From: Aquifex aeolicus VF5
GTDB lineage: Bacteria; Aquificota; Aquificia; Aquificales; Aquificaceae
Reading direction: 5' to 3'
NCBI RefSeq assembly: GCF_000008625.1
Contig: NC_000918.1
Coordinates: 1,050,001-1,082,000 of the forward strand
Length of the DNA: 32,000 bases
Positions 7,932 to 17,708 of the stretch are shown here, in pieces. Every line of letters begins with the position of its first letter. Position 1 is the stretch's first letter. Both the position numbers and the translations under genes were made by a program. The notes below the pieces were generated by a model. The model was not told the origin of the DNA. It searched no databases and saw only the letters and a program-made list of their open reading frames with translations.

Positions 7932-9539
7932 TTAGAGTTTCCACCTTTTCTTGAGTATCTCTCCGAGTTTGAAACCGCCGGTTGTAGCGGTTGTAACTTC
8001 TTCCACCTTTTCTTCTTTTTCTTCGGGCTTTTCGCCGTATAGTGCGTTTATGCTAAAGGTAATCTTTCCTTCCTTGGGATTTATGTCTATTATCTTCACT
8101 TCGTACTCCTGTCCCTTTCTTATACGTATGTGTCTGGGAACTTCGGAGAAGGGCAGTAATCCTTCTACACCTTCGGGAAACTCAAGGAACGCTCCGAAGG
8201 GTGCAAGCTCTTTTACGGGTAACTTGACAACGTCTCCGACCTTGTACTTTTCCTTGACCTTTTCCCACGGATTTTCCGTAAGTTGCTTTAGACCGAGTTT
8301 TACATACTTTCCTTCCAGACCGAGAACCGCAAATTCCCTCTCTTCTCCTTCTTTGAGGACTTCCTCAACCCTCTTTGGTCTCGTCCAGGAGAGGTCACTC
8401 CTGTGGATTACACCCTTAACGCCGTCTTCCAGTTCAACTATAGCCCTGCTGCCTTCGATTTTAATAACCTTACCCTTAACCTTAGAACCGACGGGATGTT
8501 TCTGGAGGAAGATTTCCCAAGGTCTTGGCTGTGCTCTCTTGATGGAGAGGATAAGCCTTCTCCTCTTGGGGTCTATCTTCATTATCTTTGCCTTTACGAG
8601 ATCACCCTTCTTAAACTCTGGTTTTCCTTCCCACGCGAGCTCCTCTTCGGGAACGAAGCCCTCTACTCCTTCCATTACCTCAACGACTACACCCTTAGGT
8701 GTAACTGCAACGACTCTTCCTTCTATTACGTCTCCTTCTTTGTGCTCTTTTAGGAACTTCTCCCAAGGATTGCCCTTGAGTTCCCTGAGGCTTACTATTA
8801 TGAAGCCCTTTTGTTTATCTACCCTCTTTACCTTTACCTTTAAGGTTTCACCTACGTCCGTGTAATTGTAAGGATTCTTATCCCTTCCCCAGGAGAGCTC
8901 CTCTTTTGGCAGGAATGCCCTGAGAACCCCTTCTATTACAAGTGTTACACCTTTGTTTGGATCTATCTTTACAACTTTACCTTCAACGACGTCACCGGGC
9001 TTTAAGGTGTTGAGGAGTTCCTGTTTTCTCTTTTCCCTTTGTTCATCCAGGTATGCCTTGTGGGAAACGATTATCTGGGGTCTCTTTGAATCAAGTTTAA
9101 AGTCCAGAACCTTGAAGGTTAGTACCTGTCCTTCCTTTAGCTTCTTACCTGCCTGGGACATTGGGAGGAAGGCTTTTACCCCTTCGAAGTCCACTATGAA
9201 GCCGCCCTTTACCTTTTTCTCTATCTTTCCGACTACGTCAGACTTGTTCAGGTAAGCTTCCTTCAGCTTTTCGAGTTCCTTTTTCTCCTGCAGGGGTTTT
9301 ACGGAGAGTACAGGATTGGGAATCCTGGGTGAGAAGCGAACCAGAACCGCTTCTATTTCTTGACCTTCCTGAACCTCTGGAACTTCTTCCTTTGAAATGA
9401 CAGCCTCGGTTTTATAACCTATGTCTACAAATACGGTATCGCCCGCAACCTTAACGACCCTTCCCTTTACTACCTGCCCTCTTTTAAACTCTTCGGGGGA
9501 GGCTATTGACTCTTCGAGGAGCTTTTCAAATTCGTTCAT
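7932..9539 (-). CDS. rpsA: 30S ribosomal protein S1
   Basis: 535 aa with about six tandem S1/OB repeats (G.vv.G.V.....G..V....v.gflp). Confidence 0.9.
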   Translation of the reverse strand: MNEFEKLLEESIASPEEFKRGQVVKGRVVKVAGDTVFVDIGYKTEAVISKEEVPEVQEGQEIEAVLVRFSPRIPNPVLSVKPLQEKKELEKLKEAYLNKSDVVGKIEKKVKGGFIVDFEGVKAFLPMSQAGKKLKEGQVLTFKVLDFKLDSKRPQIIVSHKAYLDEQREKRKQELLNTLKPGDVVEGKVVKIDPNKGVTLVIEGVLRAFLPKEELSWGRDKNPYNYTDVGETLKVKVKRVDKQKGFIIVSLRELKGNPWEKFLKEHKEGDVIEGRVVAVTPKGVVVEVMEGVEGFVPEEELAWEGKPEFKKGDLVKAKIMKIDPKRRRLILSIKRAQPRPWEIFLQKHPVGSKVKGKVIKIEGSRAIVELEDGVKGVIHRSDLSWTRPKRVEEVLKEGEEREFAVLGLEGKYVKLGLKQLTENPWEKVKEKYKVGDVVKLPVKELAPFGAFLEFPEGVEGLLPFSEVPRHIRIRKGQEYEVKIIDINPKEGKITFSINALYGEKPEEKEEKVEEVTTATTGGFKLGEILKKRWKL

Positions 9540-9605
9540 TAACTTCCTCCAGACAGAATTTTTTATTGTAAAACATTCTCACTTCTTTTTCAAAGAGATT
9601 TAAAC

Positions 9606-10379
9606 TTAAAGAAGGTGCTTGTGCTCTTTTAACCATTCCTTGAATGACTTTCCAGATAATATACTATTTAAAATGTCTTTTTCAAGTTCTGTCAAGTCTT
9701 TAGGTATTAAATCCGGTCTCTTTTTTACCGTGTTTTCTATCCTGTGCCATAACTTCCAGAGTTCTATCAATTTGTGGTGTCCTGAAAGGAGCTCTTCCGG
9801 AACCTTCATCCCCCTGTATTCCCTTGGTCTCGTGTAAACGGGGTAGCCAAGCCACCTGTTTTGAAAACTGTCTTCCTGAATGCTCTGAGGTTCACTCAAA
9901 ACTCCGGGGAGAACCCTGCTCACCGCGTCAATTACCGCGAGGGCTACGATTTCACCTCCCGAGAGTATAAAGTCTCCAAGAGAAATTTCCATATCCACGA
10001 TTTTCTTAACCCTCTCGTCCACTCCCTCGTACCGCCCGCAAATTATCATTATCCTTTCCTTTTTAGAAAGTTCGTTTACCAGCTTTTGGTTTAGTTTCTC
10101 TCCCCAGGGCTCGGTAATTAAAACGAAGGGTTTTCCGTAATTTTCAACGACGTAATCGTAGGCTTCGTATATGGGTTCTGGTTTTAAAACCATCCCTGGA
10201 AGTCCGCCGTAGGGGACGTCGTCAACTTGTCCTTTTGGTGCAAACTCACGAAGGTCTATGGGATATACTTCTACTTTTCCCTTTTTTATAGCCTGCTTTA
10301 CTATACCGTACTCCGAGTAACAGGAGATTATATGGGGAAATATGGTGAGGACGAAGAAGCGGAGGGGATTAGAACTCAA
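9606..10379 (-). CDS. trmD: tRNA (guanine37-N1)-methyltransferase TrmD
   Basis: [48 protein letters not shown] and LLSGHH are all TrmD SPOUT-knot motifs. The start is TTG, overlapping the rpoD stop by 11 nt. Confidence 0.9.
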   Translation of the reverse strand: MSSNPLRFFVLTIFPHIISCYSEYGIVKQAIKKGKVEVYPIDLREFAPKGQVDDVPYGGLPGMVLKPEPIYEAYDYVVENYGKPFVLITEPWGEKLNQKLVNELSKKERIMIICGRYEGVDERVKKIVDMEISLGDFILSGGEIVALAVIDAVSRVLPGVLSEPQSIQEDSFQNRWLGYPVYTRPREYRGMKVPEELLSGHHKLIELWKLWHRIENTVKKRPDLIPKDLTELEKDILNSILSGKSFKEWLKEHKHLL

Positions 10380-12096
10380 AGTCTTTCAGATATTTTGCCC
10401 TTGCGGGGTGTCTTAACTTCCTGAGGGCTTTGTTTTCTATCTGTCTTATCCTTTCCCTCGTTACGTTAAACATCTTTCCTACCTGTTCCAGGGTGTACTC
10501 AGTTCCATCAACGAGTCCGTACCTGTACATGAGTATTTCCCTTTCCTTTTCGGAAAGCGTGCTCAGAACCTTCTGGAGTTGTTCCCTGAGGAGCTTTCTC
10601 GTGACCTGCTCCTCGGGGTTTGGTATGGACTTGTCCTCTATGAAGTCCTTGAGGAAGGTGTCGTCGTCGTCACCGATGGGCGTTTCAAGGGAAATGGGCT
10701 CTTGGGAGAACTTCATAACTTTCTTGACTTTTTCTACAGGGATATCCAAGTATTCCGCTATTTCCTCGGGGGTGGGTTCTCTTCCATTTTCCTGGAAGAG
10801 TTTCTTAGAGGCTTTAATTATCTTGTTTATCGTTTCTATCATGTGAACGGGTATCCTTATGGTTCTTGCCTGATCGGCTATAGCCCTCGTTATGGCCTGC
10901 CTGATCCACCAGGTTGCGTATGTAGAGAACTTGTAACCTTTTCTATAGTCGTACTTGTCAACTGCTTTCATTAGACCAATGTTTCCTTCCTGAATGAGGT
11001 CGAGGAAGTGGAGTCCCCTGTTTACGTACTTCTTCGCTATGGATACGACAAGTCTGAGGTTTGACTGTATCATTACCTGCTTTGCCTGAACTACCTTTTT
11101 CCTTCCCTGTTCTATTATCTTCATAACTTTAGGAAGTTCTTCTTCGGGAAATACGCCTATGAGGTTTTGTATCCTCTGGACTTCTCTTTTGAGGGAGTTG
11201 TACTCGTTTATTAAGTTGAGAACCTTTTCCGTGGGGATGTTCTTTTCCTGAACTATCTTCTGGAGGTTTTCATCGGTTAAGAAGTTCTGAGCAAAGTAAT
11301 CTGGGTCTTTGTAGAGAGCCTTTAATTTCCTTATGCGAGCGTTGAGGTCCTTTCTCTTTCTTGCGTACTCCTTGTATATCTTTATTATCTCTTCCGTAAC
11401 TCTTTCGAATTTTGCGTACTTTATCTTCATTTCCTTGATTATCTTGTTCATCCTAGCGTGAGCGTACAGGTACTTCTTTCTGCTTTCCTCACTCGGGTTC
11501 TTTATGTACTCTTCTCTCACGTCCAAGAGGTTTCTGTAAGCTTTTGCGAGTTCGTATCCCTTTTCTATGAAAAACCTCTTGAATTCGTCAAACCTGTCTT
11601 CAAAGTCATCGTCGTTTTCGTACTCAACGAGATCCATAACTTCCTGTATTTTTAACTTTCCGTTACAGAGCTTTGCCCAGTCGTCGAGTATCTTCTCAAC
11701 GAGGAAGGAAGTTCTCATAAGACCCCTTCTCATTATCTTTCTTCCGATTTCTATCTGGCGTGCGTAGTATATCTCTTCCTCCCTCTTGAGAAGGGGGATT
11801 TTGCCCATTTCCCTGAGGTAGAGCTTTACGGGATCTCCGTCTCTGGAGCTGGAGGTAAGGGAACCAGAAACTACCACTTCCTCTTCTTCTTCCTGTGTCT
11901 CCTCGGACTCTTCCTCGTATTCCTCTTTACTCTCTACTACCTGAATGTTCATTCTGTGGAGAATGTCTATTAACTCCTCAAAGAGTTCGGAAGAGGTCAC
12001 GTCTTCCTCGAGCACTTCGTTTATCTCGTCGTAGGTCACGTAACCCTTTTCCTTTCCCATTTCGATTAGAGCCTTCACGCTTTCCCTTCCTAGCAT
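10369..12096 (-). CDS. rpoD: RNA polymerase primary sigma factor RpoD
   Basis: Acidic region 1.1. Region 2 [54 protein letters not shown]. Region 4 [38 protein letters not shown] lies upstream of the ATG. Confidence 0.95.
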   Translation of the reverse strand: MLGRESVKALIEMGKEKGYVTYDEINEVLEEDVTSSELFEELIDILHRMNIQVVESKEEYEEESEETQEEEEEVVVSGSLTSSSRDGDPVKLYLREMGKIPLLKREEEIYYARQIEIGRKIMRRGLMRTSFLVEKILDDWAKLCNGKLKIQEVMDLVEYENDDDFEDRFDEFKRFFIEKGYELAKAYRNLLDVREEYIKNPSEESRKKYLYAHARMNKIIKEMKIKYAKFERVTEEIIKIYKEYARKRKDLNARIRKLKALYKDPDYFAQNFLTDENLQKIVQEKNIPTEKVLNLINEYNSLKREVQRIQNLIGVFPEEELPKVMKIIEQGRKKVVQAKQVMIQSNLRLVVSIAKKYVNRGLHFLDLIQEGNIGLMKAVDKYDYRKGYKFSTYATWWIRQAITRAIADQARTIRIPVHMIETINKIIKASKKLFQENGREPTPEEIAEYLDIPVEKVKKVMKFSQEPISLETPIGDDDDTFLKDFIEDKSIPNPEEQVTRKLLREQLQKVLSTLSEKEREILMYRYGLVDGTEYTLEQVGKMFNVTRERIRQIENKALRKLRHPARAKYLKDFEF

Positions 12097-12134
12097 TCTC
12101 TTACCTCCTAACTCTAAAAATTTATTAAAGTTAA

Positions 12135-13634
12135 TTAAGTATTTACATTTTTCAACCCTCTTTTCTTCCTCTTTTTCCCAGATTTTTGTAAATCCCTAAG
12201 GATGTTGTTAAAAAGTTTCTCCAAGTTATCCACCTGGTACTCGAGAACTTCTTTTGGAAGTAAATGCTCCTCTCCGTTTAAGGCGTTAACTGCGAGTTCC
12301 TTTAACTCAGGACTTAAGTTCAGGACTTCAAGGTCTATTTTTGGTTTTAATTCTATCAGTCCTTTCAGGAAGATTTTTTCCTTAAAGGAGAGTTTAATTT
12401 CTTTTTCTTGAGAATTTTTTTCAATTTTCATTAATAAAATTTCCATAGGAACTTTGTACTTGGTGTGAAACTCCGAAGCCAGAGCAAAGCGCCTTACTCC
12501 ATCGGAAATAAAGCCCAGATAATACCTGAACTCACGCGTTTTCTCCTCTAAGTTTTCCCTTGCGGTTTTTATGAGCGTTTCAAAGAGCTCCCCTGAGCTG
12601 TTTATCAGTCTTCTTAATTCCTCTTTCCCGAATTCCTTTATAAACTCGTCGGGATCGTATCCTTCGGGGAGGTAAACGGGATAAACTTCCACTCCTGCAC
12701 TGAGGAGTAGGGGAATGGCACTTTTCATAGCCTTTCTTCCCGCATCATCTCCGTCGTAAAGGATGTAGACCTTTTTTGTGAACTTGGAAAGGAGGTTTGC
12801 CTGATTTTGGGTCAGGGCTGTACCGAGGGGTGCAACAACGTTCCTTATTCCCTCGGAAAAAAGTCTCAAAAGGTCAAAGTACCCTTCCACAAGTATCGCA
12901 AATCCTTCTTCCTTTATATACTCCTTTGCCTCGTAAAGACCGAATAAGTTCTCCCCCTTTTTAAATACCCTGCTGTCTGGAGAGTTTATGTACTTGGGAG
13001 ATTTGTCCTCTACTATCCTCCTTCCACCGAAACCTATAACTCTTCCCCTCGGATCCTTTATCGGGATCACGACACGCCGAAGAAAGAGATCCCTGTAAAC
13101 ACCCTTCGTAGGAGAAAGGAGGTTTTTAGTTTCAAGGTAAGCCTCTAAAAGATCGTTCTCTTTTAAGACTTTTACGAGTGCTTCACTGGAAGGTGCGTAC
13201 CCAAGATCAAACTTCCTCGCTACTTTAGGGTCTATTCCCCTACTCTTTACGTACTCACTTGCCTCTCTGTTTTTGAGAAGGCTTTCCCTGTAGAAATCAC
13301 AAACCCTGTCAAGAGCCACGTATACCTTTTCGTCTTTTGATATCTTTTCAAGGTCTAATTTCTTTCCGTAGCGTTTTGCGAGTTCAAGGGCGGCTTCAAA
13401 ATAGGAGATGTCCTCGTAAAGGGAAACGAACTTTATCGCGTCTCCCCCTACCCCGCAACCGAAACACTTGAATATTTGTTTACTTGGAGACACGTAAAAG
13501 GAGGGTGTATCGTCAGGGTGAAAGGGACAGTTCGTTCTGTAATTGGAACCTACCTTCTCTAAGTTTAAGTATTCGGAAATGACGTCTACTATATCTATTT
13601 CCCGTCTAAGTTCGTCTATGTCCGAGGACATCAC
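12135..13634 (-). CDS. dnaG: DNA primase DnaG
   Basis: Zinc-binding domain [30 protein letters not shown]. Toprim [10 protein letters not shown]...[12 protein letters not shown]. The start is GTG 13634 or the adjacent ATG 13631. The dnaG-rpoD order matches the macromolecular-synthesis operon. Confidence 0.95.
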   Translation of the reverse strand: MMSSDIDELRREIDIVDVISEYLNLEKVGSNYRTNCPFHPDDTPSFYVSPSKQIFKCFGCGVGGDAIKFVSLYEDISYFEAALELAKRYGKKLDLEKISKDEKVYVALDRVCDFYRESLLKNREASEYVKSRGIDPKVARKFDLGYAPSSEALVKVLKENDLLEAYLETKNLLSPTKGVYRDLFLRRVVIPIKDPRGRVIGFGGRRIVEDKSPKYINSPDSRVFKKGENLFGLYEAKEYIKEEGFAILVEGYFDLLRLFSEGIRNVVAPLGTALTQNQANLLSKFTKKVYILYDGDDAGRKAMKSAIPLLLSAGVEVYPVYLPEGYDPDEFIKEFGKEELRRLINSSGELFETLIKTARENLEEKTREFRYYLGFISDGVRRFALASEFHTKYKVPMEILLMKIEKNSQEKEIKLSFKEKIFLKGLIELKPKIDLEVLNLSPELKELAVNALNGEEHLLPKEVLEYQVDNLEKLFNNILRDLQKSGKKRKKRGLKNVNT

Positions 13635-13697
13635 TCAAAAGAATTTATTTTATTTCTGATCTGTGTCAAGCTGAAGAAATACCTGTAAAATCAAATT

Positions 13698-14084
13698 ATG
13701 CCCTTCATTTACAGGAGGAGAGTCCAGTTCTACGAGACCGACGCTCAAGGGATTGTACACCACTCCAATTACTTTAGGTACTTTGAAGAGGCAAGGGGTG
13801 AATTCCTTCGCTCAAAGGGTTTTCCCTATTCAAAGATGAGGGATATGGGACTGGAAGTGGTACTTTTGAATGCTTACTGTGAGTATAAAAAGCCCTTGTT
13901 TTACGACGATGTATTCGAAGTACACTTGAACCTAGAAGAACTTTCTCGCTTTACCTTTACCTTTTCCTATATAGTTTTTAAAGAAGACATAGCGGTTGCA
14001 AAGGCTAATACAAAACACTGCATGGTAAAAAATGGAAAGATAGTCTCAATTCCGAAGGAAGTTCTTGAAGTTTTAAAGGATTAA
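13698..14084 (+). CDS. YbgC/4-hydroxybenzoyl-CoA-thioesterase-family acyl-CoA thioesterase (hotdog fold)
   Basis: N-terminal VQFYETDAQGIVHHSNYFRYFEEAR carries the catalytic Asp motif of the 4HBT class. 128 aa. Confidence 0.8.
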   Translation: MPFIYRRRVQFYETDAQGIVHHSNYFRYFEEARGEFLRSKGFPYSKMRDMGLEVVLLNAYCEYKKPLFYDDVFEVHLNLEELSRFTFTFSYIVFKEDIAVAKANTKHCMVKNGKIVSIPKEVLEVLKD

Positions 14085-14558
14085 ACCCTCGTGTTTTAAT
14101 AGTTCACTCTTAATTTCTATACCTTGATTAAAACCACCTAAATCCCTTTTAGAAATAACCCTGTGGCAAGGTATGATCACAGGAAAGGGATTTATCTTCA
14201 TGCAGTAACCTACGAATCTCGGGTGCAAATCAGTCAATCTCGCAAGCTCTCCGTAAGTAATAATTTTTCCAAAGGAAGCGACTTCTTTCAGTTTTAAGTA
14301 AACTTTTATGCATTTTGGATTTATCCTTTTCAAATCGAGATATTCTAAGTTTATTAAGGGATCACCTTCCTTTAGAAAATATAATAAAAATTCCGGAATA
14401 ATTTTCTGTTCTTTTTTCTTTAAAATCGAAATTTTAGAAATTTTTCCTTTATCAAAAAAAATTTCAAGGGAAAGAGAAGGAGTAAGAGCTGTTTTAAGTA
14501 CAGTAATTGGGATTACAGTCTTTTTCGTCTGACTCTTCAAGGAGTATACACTCTTCAC
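14073..14558 (-). CDS. ogt: Methylated-DNA--protein-cysteine methyltransferase (Ogt/MGMT)
   Basis: Active site IIPCHRVI, helix-turn-helix ITYGELARL and N-terminal-domain-like LSLEIFFDKGKISKISIL. The long ORF (to 14678) has no internal ATG. GTG at 14558 is preceded by GGAGGAAAG at 7-nt spacing, so I use it. The start remains uncertain. Confidence 0.75.
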   Translation of the reverse strand: MKSVYSLKSQTKKTVIPITVLKTALTPSLSLEIFFDKGKISKISILKKKEQKIIPEFLLYFLKEGDPLINLEYLDLKRINPKCIKVYLKLKEVASFGKIITYGELARLTDLHPRFVGYCMKINPFPVIIPCHRVISKRDLGGFNQGIEIKSELLKHEGLIL

Positions 14559-14688
14559 ATATCTTTCCTCCGGGAGGTCTTGTAGCTCCGCACCACGTAT
14601 CGTAATCTTCCTGAGGATAATCAGGGCAATTTGTGCAGAAGTGCCACTGATCACTTCCCTTCTTCTTTCTGTACTCAATTAGTGCCAT
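14494..14688 (-). CDS. Small cysteine-rich (CxxC...CxxC) zinc-ribbon-like protein, function unknown
   Basis: MALIEYRKKKGSDQWHFCTNCPDYPQEDYDTWCGATRPPGGKICEECILLEESDEKDCNPNYCT has 7 Cys in 64 aa. The ATG at 14688 is preceded by GGAGGTGGG at optimal spacing. The upstream ATG at 14733 lacks an SD. Confidence 0.55.
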   Translation of the reverse strand: MALIEYRKKKGSDQWHFCTNCPDYPQEDYDTWCGATRPPGGKICEECILLEESDEKDCNPNYCT

Positions 14689-14735
14689 GATACCCACCTC
14701 CTTCAGGTTTTTCTTAACTTCAAATATATCCATGA

Positions 14736-15596
14736 TTAAAGATACTTCAACGCATAAGCAAGTGCCCCCCTCGCTCCCATAAATTCACCCGCCCTTGAAA
14801 AGGAAATTTTAAGACACAAGGCGGGAAGCTCCTCGGAAATTTCTTTCACCTTCTCGGGAACGTCTCTCAAAAATTCTTTAAAGGTTTCTATCACTCCTCC
14901 GGCTAAAACTATCCTGTCGGGGTTAAATATGTGAACACCGTTCATAAGCCCCGTGATTAAGTAATCTTTAAAACTTTCCACAACTTTTAACGCTTCTTCT
15001 TCACCTTCTTTAGCCTTTTCCGCAATTTCGTAATCTTTTAAAGTTCTACCGGTAAGCTTTTTATACTCCCTTTCTATTGCGTAAGAGGAGCAGTAAGCTT
15101 CCCAGCACCCTTTCCTCCCGCAGTTGCACAGCTCTCCGCCCTTTTTTACAGTATGGTGTCCCATCTCTAAGGCACTTCCGCAAACACCGAAAAATACCTC
15201 ACCTTTGTACACGAGTCCGGTTCCCAAACCTGTCCCCACCGCTACGAGTAATAGTATCTTGCTATCCCGATAATCGTAGTACCACTCCCCGAAGGCTCCG
15301 AGGTTTACGTCGTTTCCTACAACGAAAGGTATGTTAATATCTTCAAGAACCTTCCTGAAATCCGTTTTATCAAGTGCAGGAATGTTAGGCGATTTGTATA
15401 CGATACCATTAAGAGAAGTAAAACCAGCAACCGCTATACCAACACCGCTCGGATTTCCCGCCTTTATAACCTCTCTGATTTTTTCCATTAGTGCTTCTCT
15501 GTCCTTTTTTAAATCCTTTATGTAGTGCTTTTCCTTCTTTCCGTCTTCCCAGAGGACTTTTATAAATGTCCCTCCTATGTCTATGCCCTTTTTCAT
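14736..15596 (-). CDS. glk: ROK-family sugar kinase (glucokinase-like)
   Basis: N-terminal [11 protein letters not shown]-binding motif, ROK signature region and zinc motif GHH....[12 protein letters not shown]. Confidence 0.8.
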
Positions 15597-15988
15597 ACTG
15601 AGTTAAGGTACTCTTCGAGGATAATCATAGCCGAAATCACGTCCTTCAACTCCTTCTTTTTCTTAGGAGGTAGTCCTTCGAGCCTCCTCATAGCCTCTGC
15701 CGTGGTCCATCGTTCGTCCCAGAGTATGATTTCCGTATTTGGCAGTTCTTCCCTCAGCTTTTCCACAAAATCTTTAACGAGTTTAGCCCTCTGCCCTTCT
15801 TTTCCACTCGGAGTTAAGGGCAGACCTACAATTACTTTTCCTACCCTGCTCTTCTCTACGATTTCCTTTATCTTTTTTACAGCTTCTTTTGAGCTTACCG
15901 TCCCCTTGGGAGATACAATTTTTAATTCTTCGTCACCAATTGCAAGCCCTACACGTTTAGTACCGTAATCAACCGCAAGAACCTTCAC
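15593..15988 (-). CDS. ruvX: YqgF/RuvX putative pre-16S rRNA nuclease (Holliday-junction-resolvase-like)
   Basis: [19 protein letters not shown] ... VIVGLPL...G ... DERWTT(A)EA are the canonical YqgF motifs. 131 aa. Confidence 0.85.
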
Positions 15989-16170
15989 CCCGTCCGTATG
16001 CCGAGTATCTTATACAGCGGACAGAACCCTATTGCGGACGTCACTATGAACACTATGCCGATTATTCCGAGAATCCAGTAAAGCCCTCCGTTGGTGAAGG
16101 CGAGGTAAAGGAATATAACCGCTAAAATAACCCTTATGATTCTGTCCCATAGCCCCATGTTCTTTTCCAT
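15985..16170 (-). CDS. DUF2892 (YgaP-C-like) small membrane protein
   Basis: [20 protein letters not shown]...[12 protein letters not shown] is the typical DUF2892 two-helix pattern. The ATG at 16170 is preceded by GGAGGTG at 6-nt spacing. Confidence 0.6.
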
Positions 16171-16290
16171 TTTGTCCACCTCCTATACTTAATTTTAACT
16201 CAGAATATGACTTTTGACATATGAGTTTTTAAATAACTTGAGTTAGAATTTTTAATACCAAAATACTTAAAGTAAAAGGAGGTGGAAACC

Positions 16291-16932
16291 ATGGGTGTAC
16301 ACAAGATACAGCCAAAAGACCACTTAAAACCTCAAAACCTTGAGGGTATATCCAACGAACAAATAGAGCCTCACTTTGAAGCTCACTATAAAGGTTACGT
16401 TGCAAAGTACAACGAAATCCAAGAAAAGCTTGCGGATCAGAACTTTGCCGACAGGAGCAAGGCAAACCAGAACTACTCCGAGTACAGGGAACTGAAAGTA
16501 GAAGAAACTTTTAACTACATGGGTGTTGTACTCCACGAACTCTACTTCGGAATGCTTGCACCCGGTGGAAAGGGAGAACCCTCCGAAGCCCTCAAGAAGA
16601 AGATAGAAGAGGATCTCGGCGGACTTGATGCCTGCACGAACGAGCTCAAAGCAGCGGCAATAGCCTTCAGAGGATGGGCAATTCTCGGACTGGACATATT
16701 CAGCGGAAGACTCGTTGTAAATGGACTTGACGCTCACAACGTTTACAACTTAACCGGACTCATACCCCTCATAGTTATAGACACATACGAACACGCTTAC
16801 TACGTGGATTACAAGAACAAGAGACCTCCGTACATTGACGCATTCTTCAAGAACATAAATTGGGACGTTGTTAACGAAAGATTTGAAAAGGCTATGAAGG
16901 CTTATGAGGCTCTTAAGGACTTCATAAAGTAA
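16291..16932 (+). CDS. Fe/Mn-family superoxide dismutase
   Basis: HFEAHYKGYV (N-terminal His ligands) and the C-terminal signature DTYEHAYYVDYKNKRPPYIDAFFKNINWD. The ATG at 16291 is preceded by AAGGAGGTG. The metal specificity cannot be decided from the sequence. Confidence 0.9.
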   Translation: MGVHKIQPKDHLKPQNLEGISNEQIEPHFEAHYKGYVAKYNEIQEKLADQNFADRSKANQNYSEYRELKVEETFNYMGVVLHELYFGMLAPGGKGEPSEALKKKIEEDLGGLDACTNELKAAAIAFRGWAILGLDIFSGRLVVNGLDAHNVYNLTGLIPLIVIDTYEHAYYVDYKNKRPPYIDAFFKNINWDVVNERFEKAMKAYEALKDFIK

Positions 16933-16937
16933 AAAGT

Positions 16938-17708
16938 TTGTTCCTTTTTCTTTTCTTTCTCTTAATTCTTTCCTGCGGAATAAAAGCACCACCCAAGCCC
17001 CTTCCAGAACCCCAATTTTCAGTAAAAAGAATAGGAGAAGTAGTTTACGTTTCAGGTCAAAACATTGAGGTAAAAAACTTTAAAAAGTTAAACGAATTCT
17101 GGTATAAAAAAGAAAAAAGTTCTTTCTGTTTTGAAGTAAAACACGTAAAAGGAAAATCAAAAAAAGTTTGTGTAAAAGAATCGTCCGGAAAACCACCCGA
17201 ATTAGAAATTAAAGAGTTAAAGGAAAAAGTTTTACTCATTCCAAGAGAAAGTGGAACTTTCAGAATTTATAGAGTTGTAAAAGATAAAGTTTTATATCCA
17301 ATTCCTTTAAAAGAGTTTTCAAAAGAAACGGAAGTACAGAAAGACTACGAACCTTATTACATAGGTGTAACGAAAGTATTATCGCAAGATTACGAAAGCG
17401 AACCTCTTATAATAAAAATTTCACCCAAACCAAAGCCCGTACCAAAACCACCTTACTCCGCAGGTTATACTGTAAAAGGAAAAAAACTAATAATTTACTG
17501 GTTCCACGAAAATTACGAGGAATTGATAGGTTTTAACGTTTACAAAAACGGAAAGAAATTAAATGAAACACCACTAAAAAGGAATTACTTTGAAGACGAA
17601 CTGCCGAAAAAAGAAACTCTATACGAAATAACGGCTGTAAACAGGTTCGGGATAGAGAGTAAACCCGTTAAGGTTTTCTTTCATCCTGTAGAGTCTCAAA
17701 CGCCTTGA
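16938..17708 (+). CDS. Hypothetical lipoprotein with Pro/Lys linker and Fn3-like C-terminal domain
   Basis: TTG start and lipobox-like MFLFLFFLLILSCG. It has a KPKPVPKPP linker, and the C-terminal YTVKGKKLIIYWFHE...GFNVYKNGKKLNETPL...YEITAVNRFGIES resembles fibronectin type III. No SD was seen, so the start is uncertain. Confidence 0.5.
   Translation: MFLFLFFLLILSCGIKAPPKPLPEPQFSVKRIGEVVYVSGQNIEVKNFKKLNEFWYKKEKSSFCFEVKHVKGKSKKVCVKESSGKPPELEIKELKEKVLLIPRESGTFRIYRVVKDKVLYPIPLKEFSKETEVQKDYEPYYIGVTKVLSQDYESEPLIIKISPKPKPVPKPPYSAGYTVKGKKLIIYWFHENYEELIGFNVYKNGKKLNETPLKRNYFEDELPKKETLYEITAVNRFGIESKPVKVFFHPVESQTP

Noticed and set aside
7951-8865. 304-aa plus-strand ORF (with further ORFs at 8403-8753 and 8953-9255) opposite rpsA
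   Set aside because: It lies entirely antisense to the strongly supported S1 gene. The translation is low-complexity (S/T/P/F-rich), as expected from the reverse complement of a K/E/G/V-rich gene. It has no SD and no motif.
10430-10974. 138-aa and 131-aa plus-strand ORFs within rpoD
   Set aside because: They are antisense to the sigma-70 gene and no motifs were recognised.
14559-14678. N-terminal extension of the ogt ORF to the TTG at 14678 (201-aa version)
   Set aside because: The extension has no MGMT-like sequence and no SD. It runs through the better-supported small Cys-rich gene. GTG at 14558 has a strong SD and gives a typical 161-aa Ogt. This is not fully excluded.
15525-15968. 147-aa plus-strand ORF overlapping ruvX and the glk 5' end
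   Set aside because: It is antisense to two motif-supported genes and is S/F/L-rich low complexity.
16229-16465. 78-aa minus-strand ORF spanning the sod promoter and 5' end
   Set aside because: It overlaps the sod start and SD in antisense. It has no SD or motif and is Cys/Ser/Leu-rich random-looking sequence.
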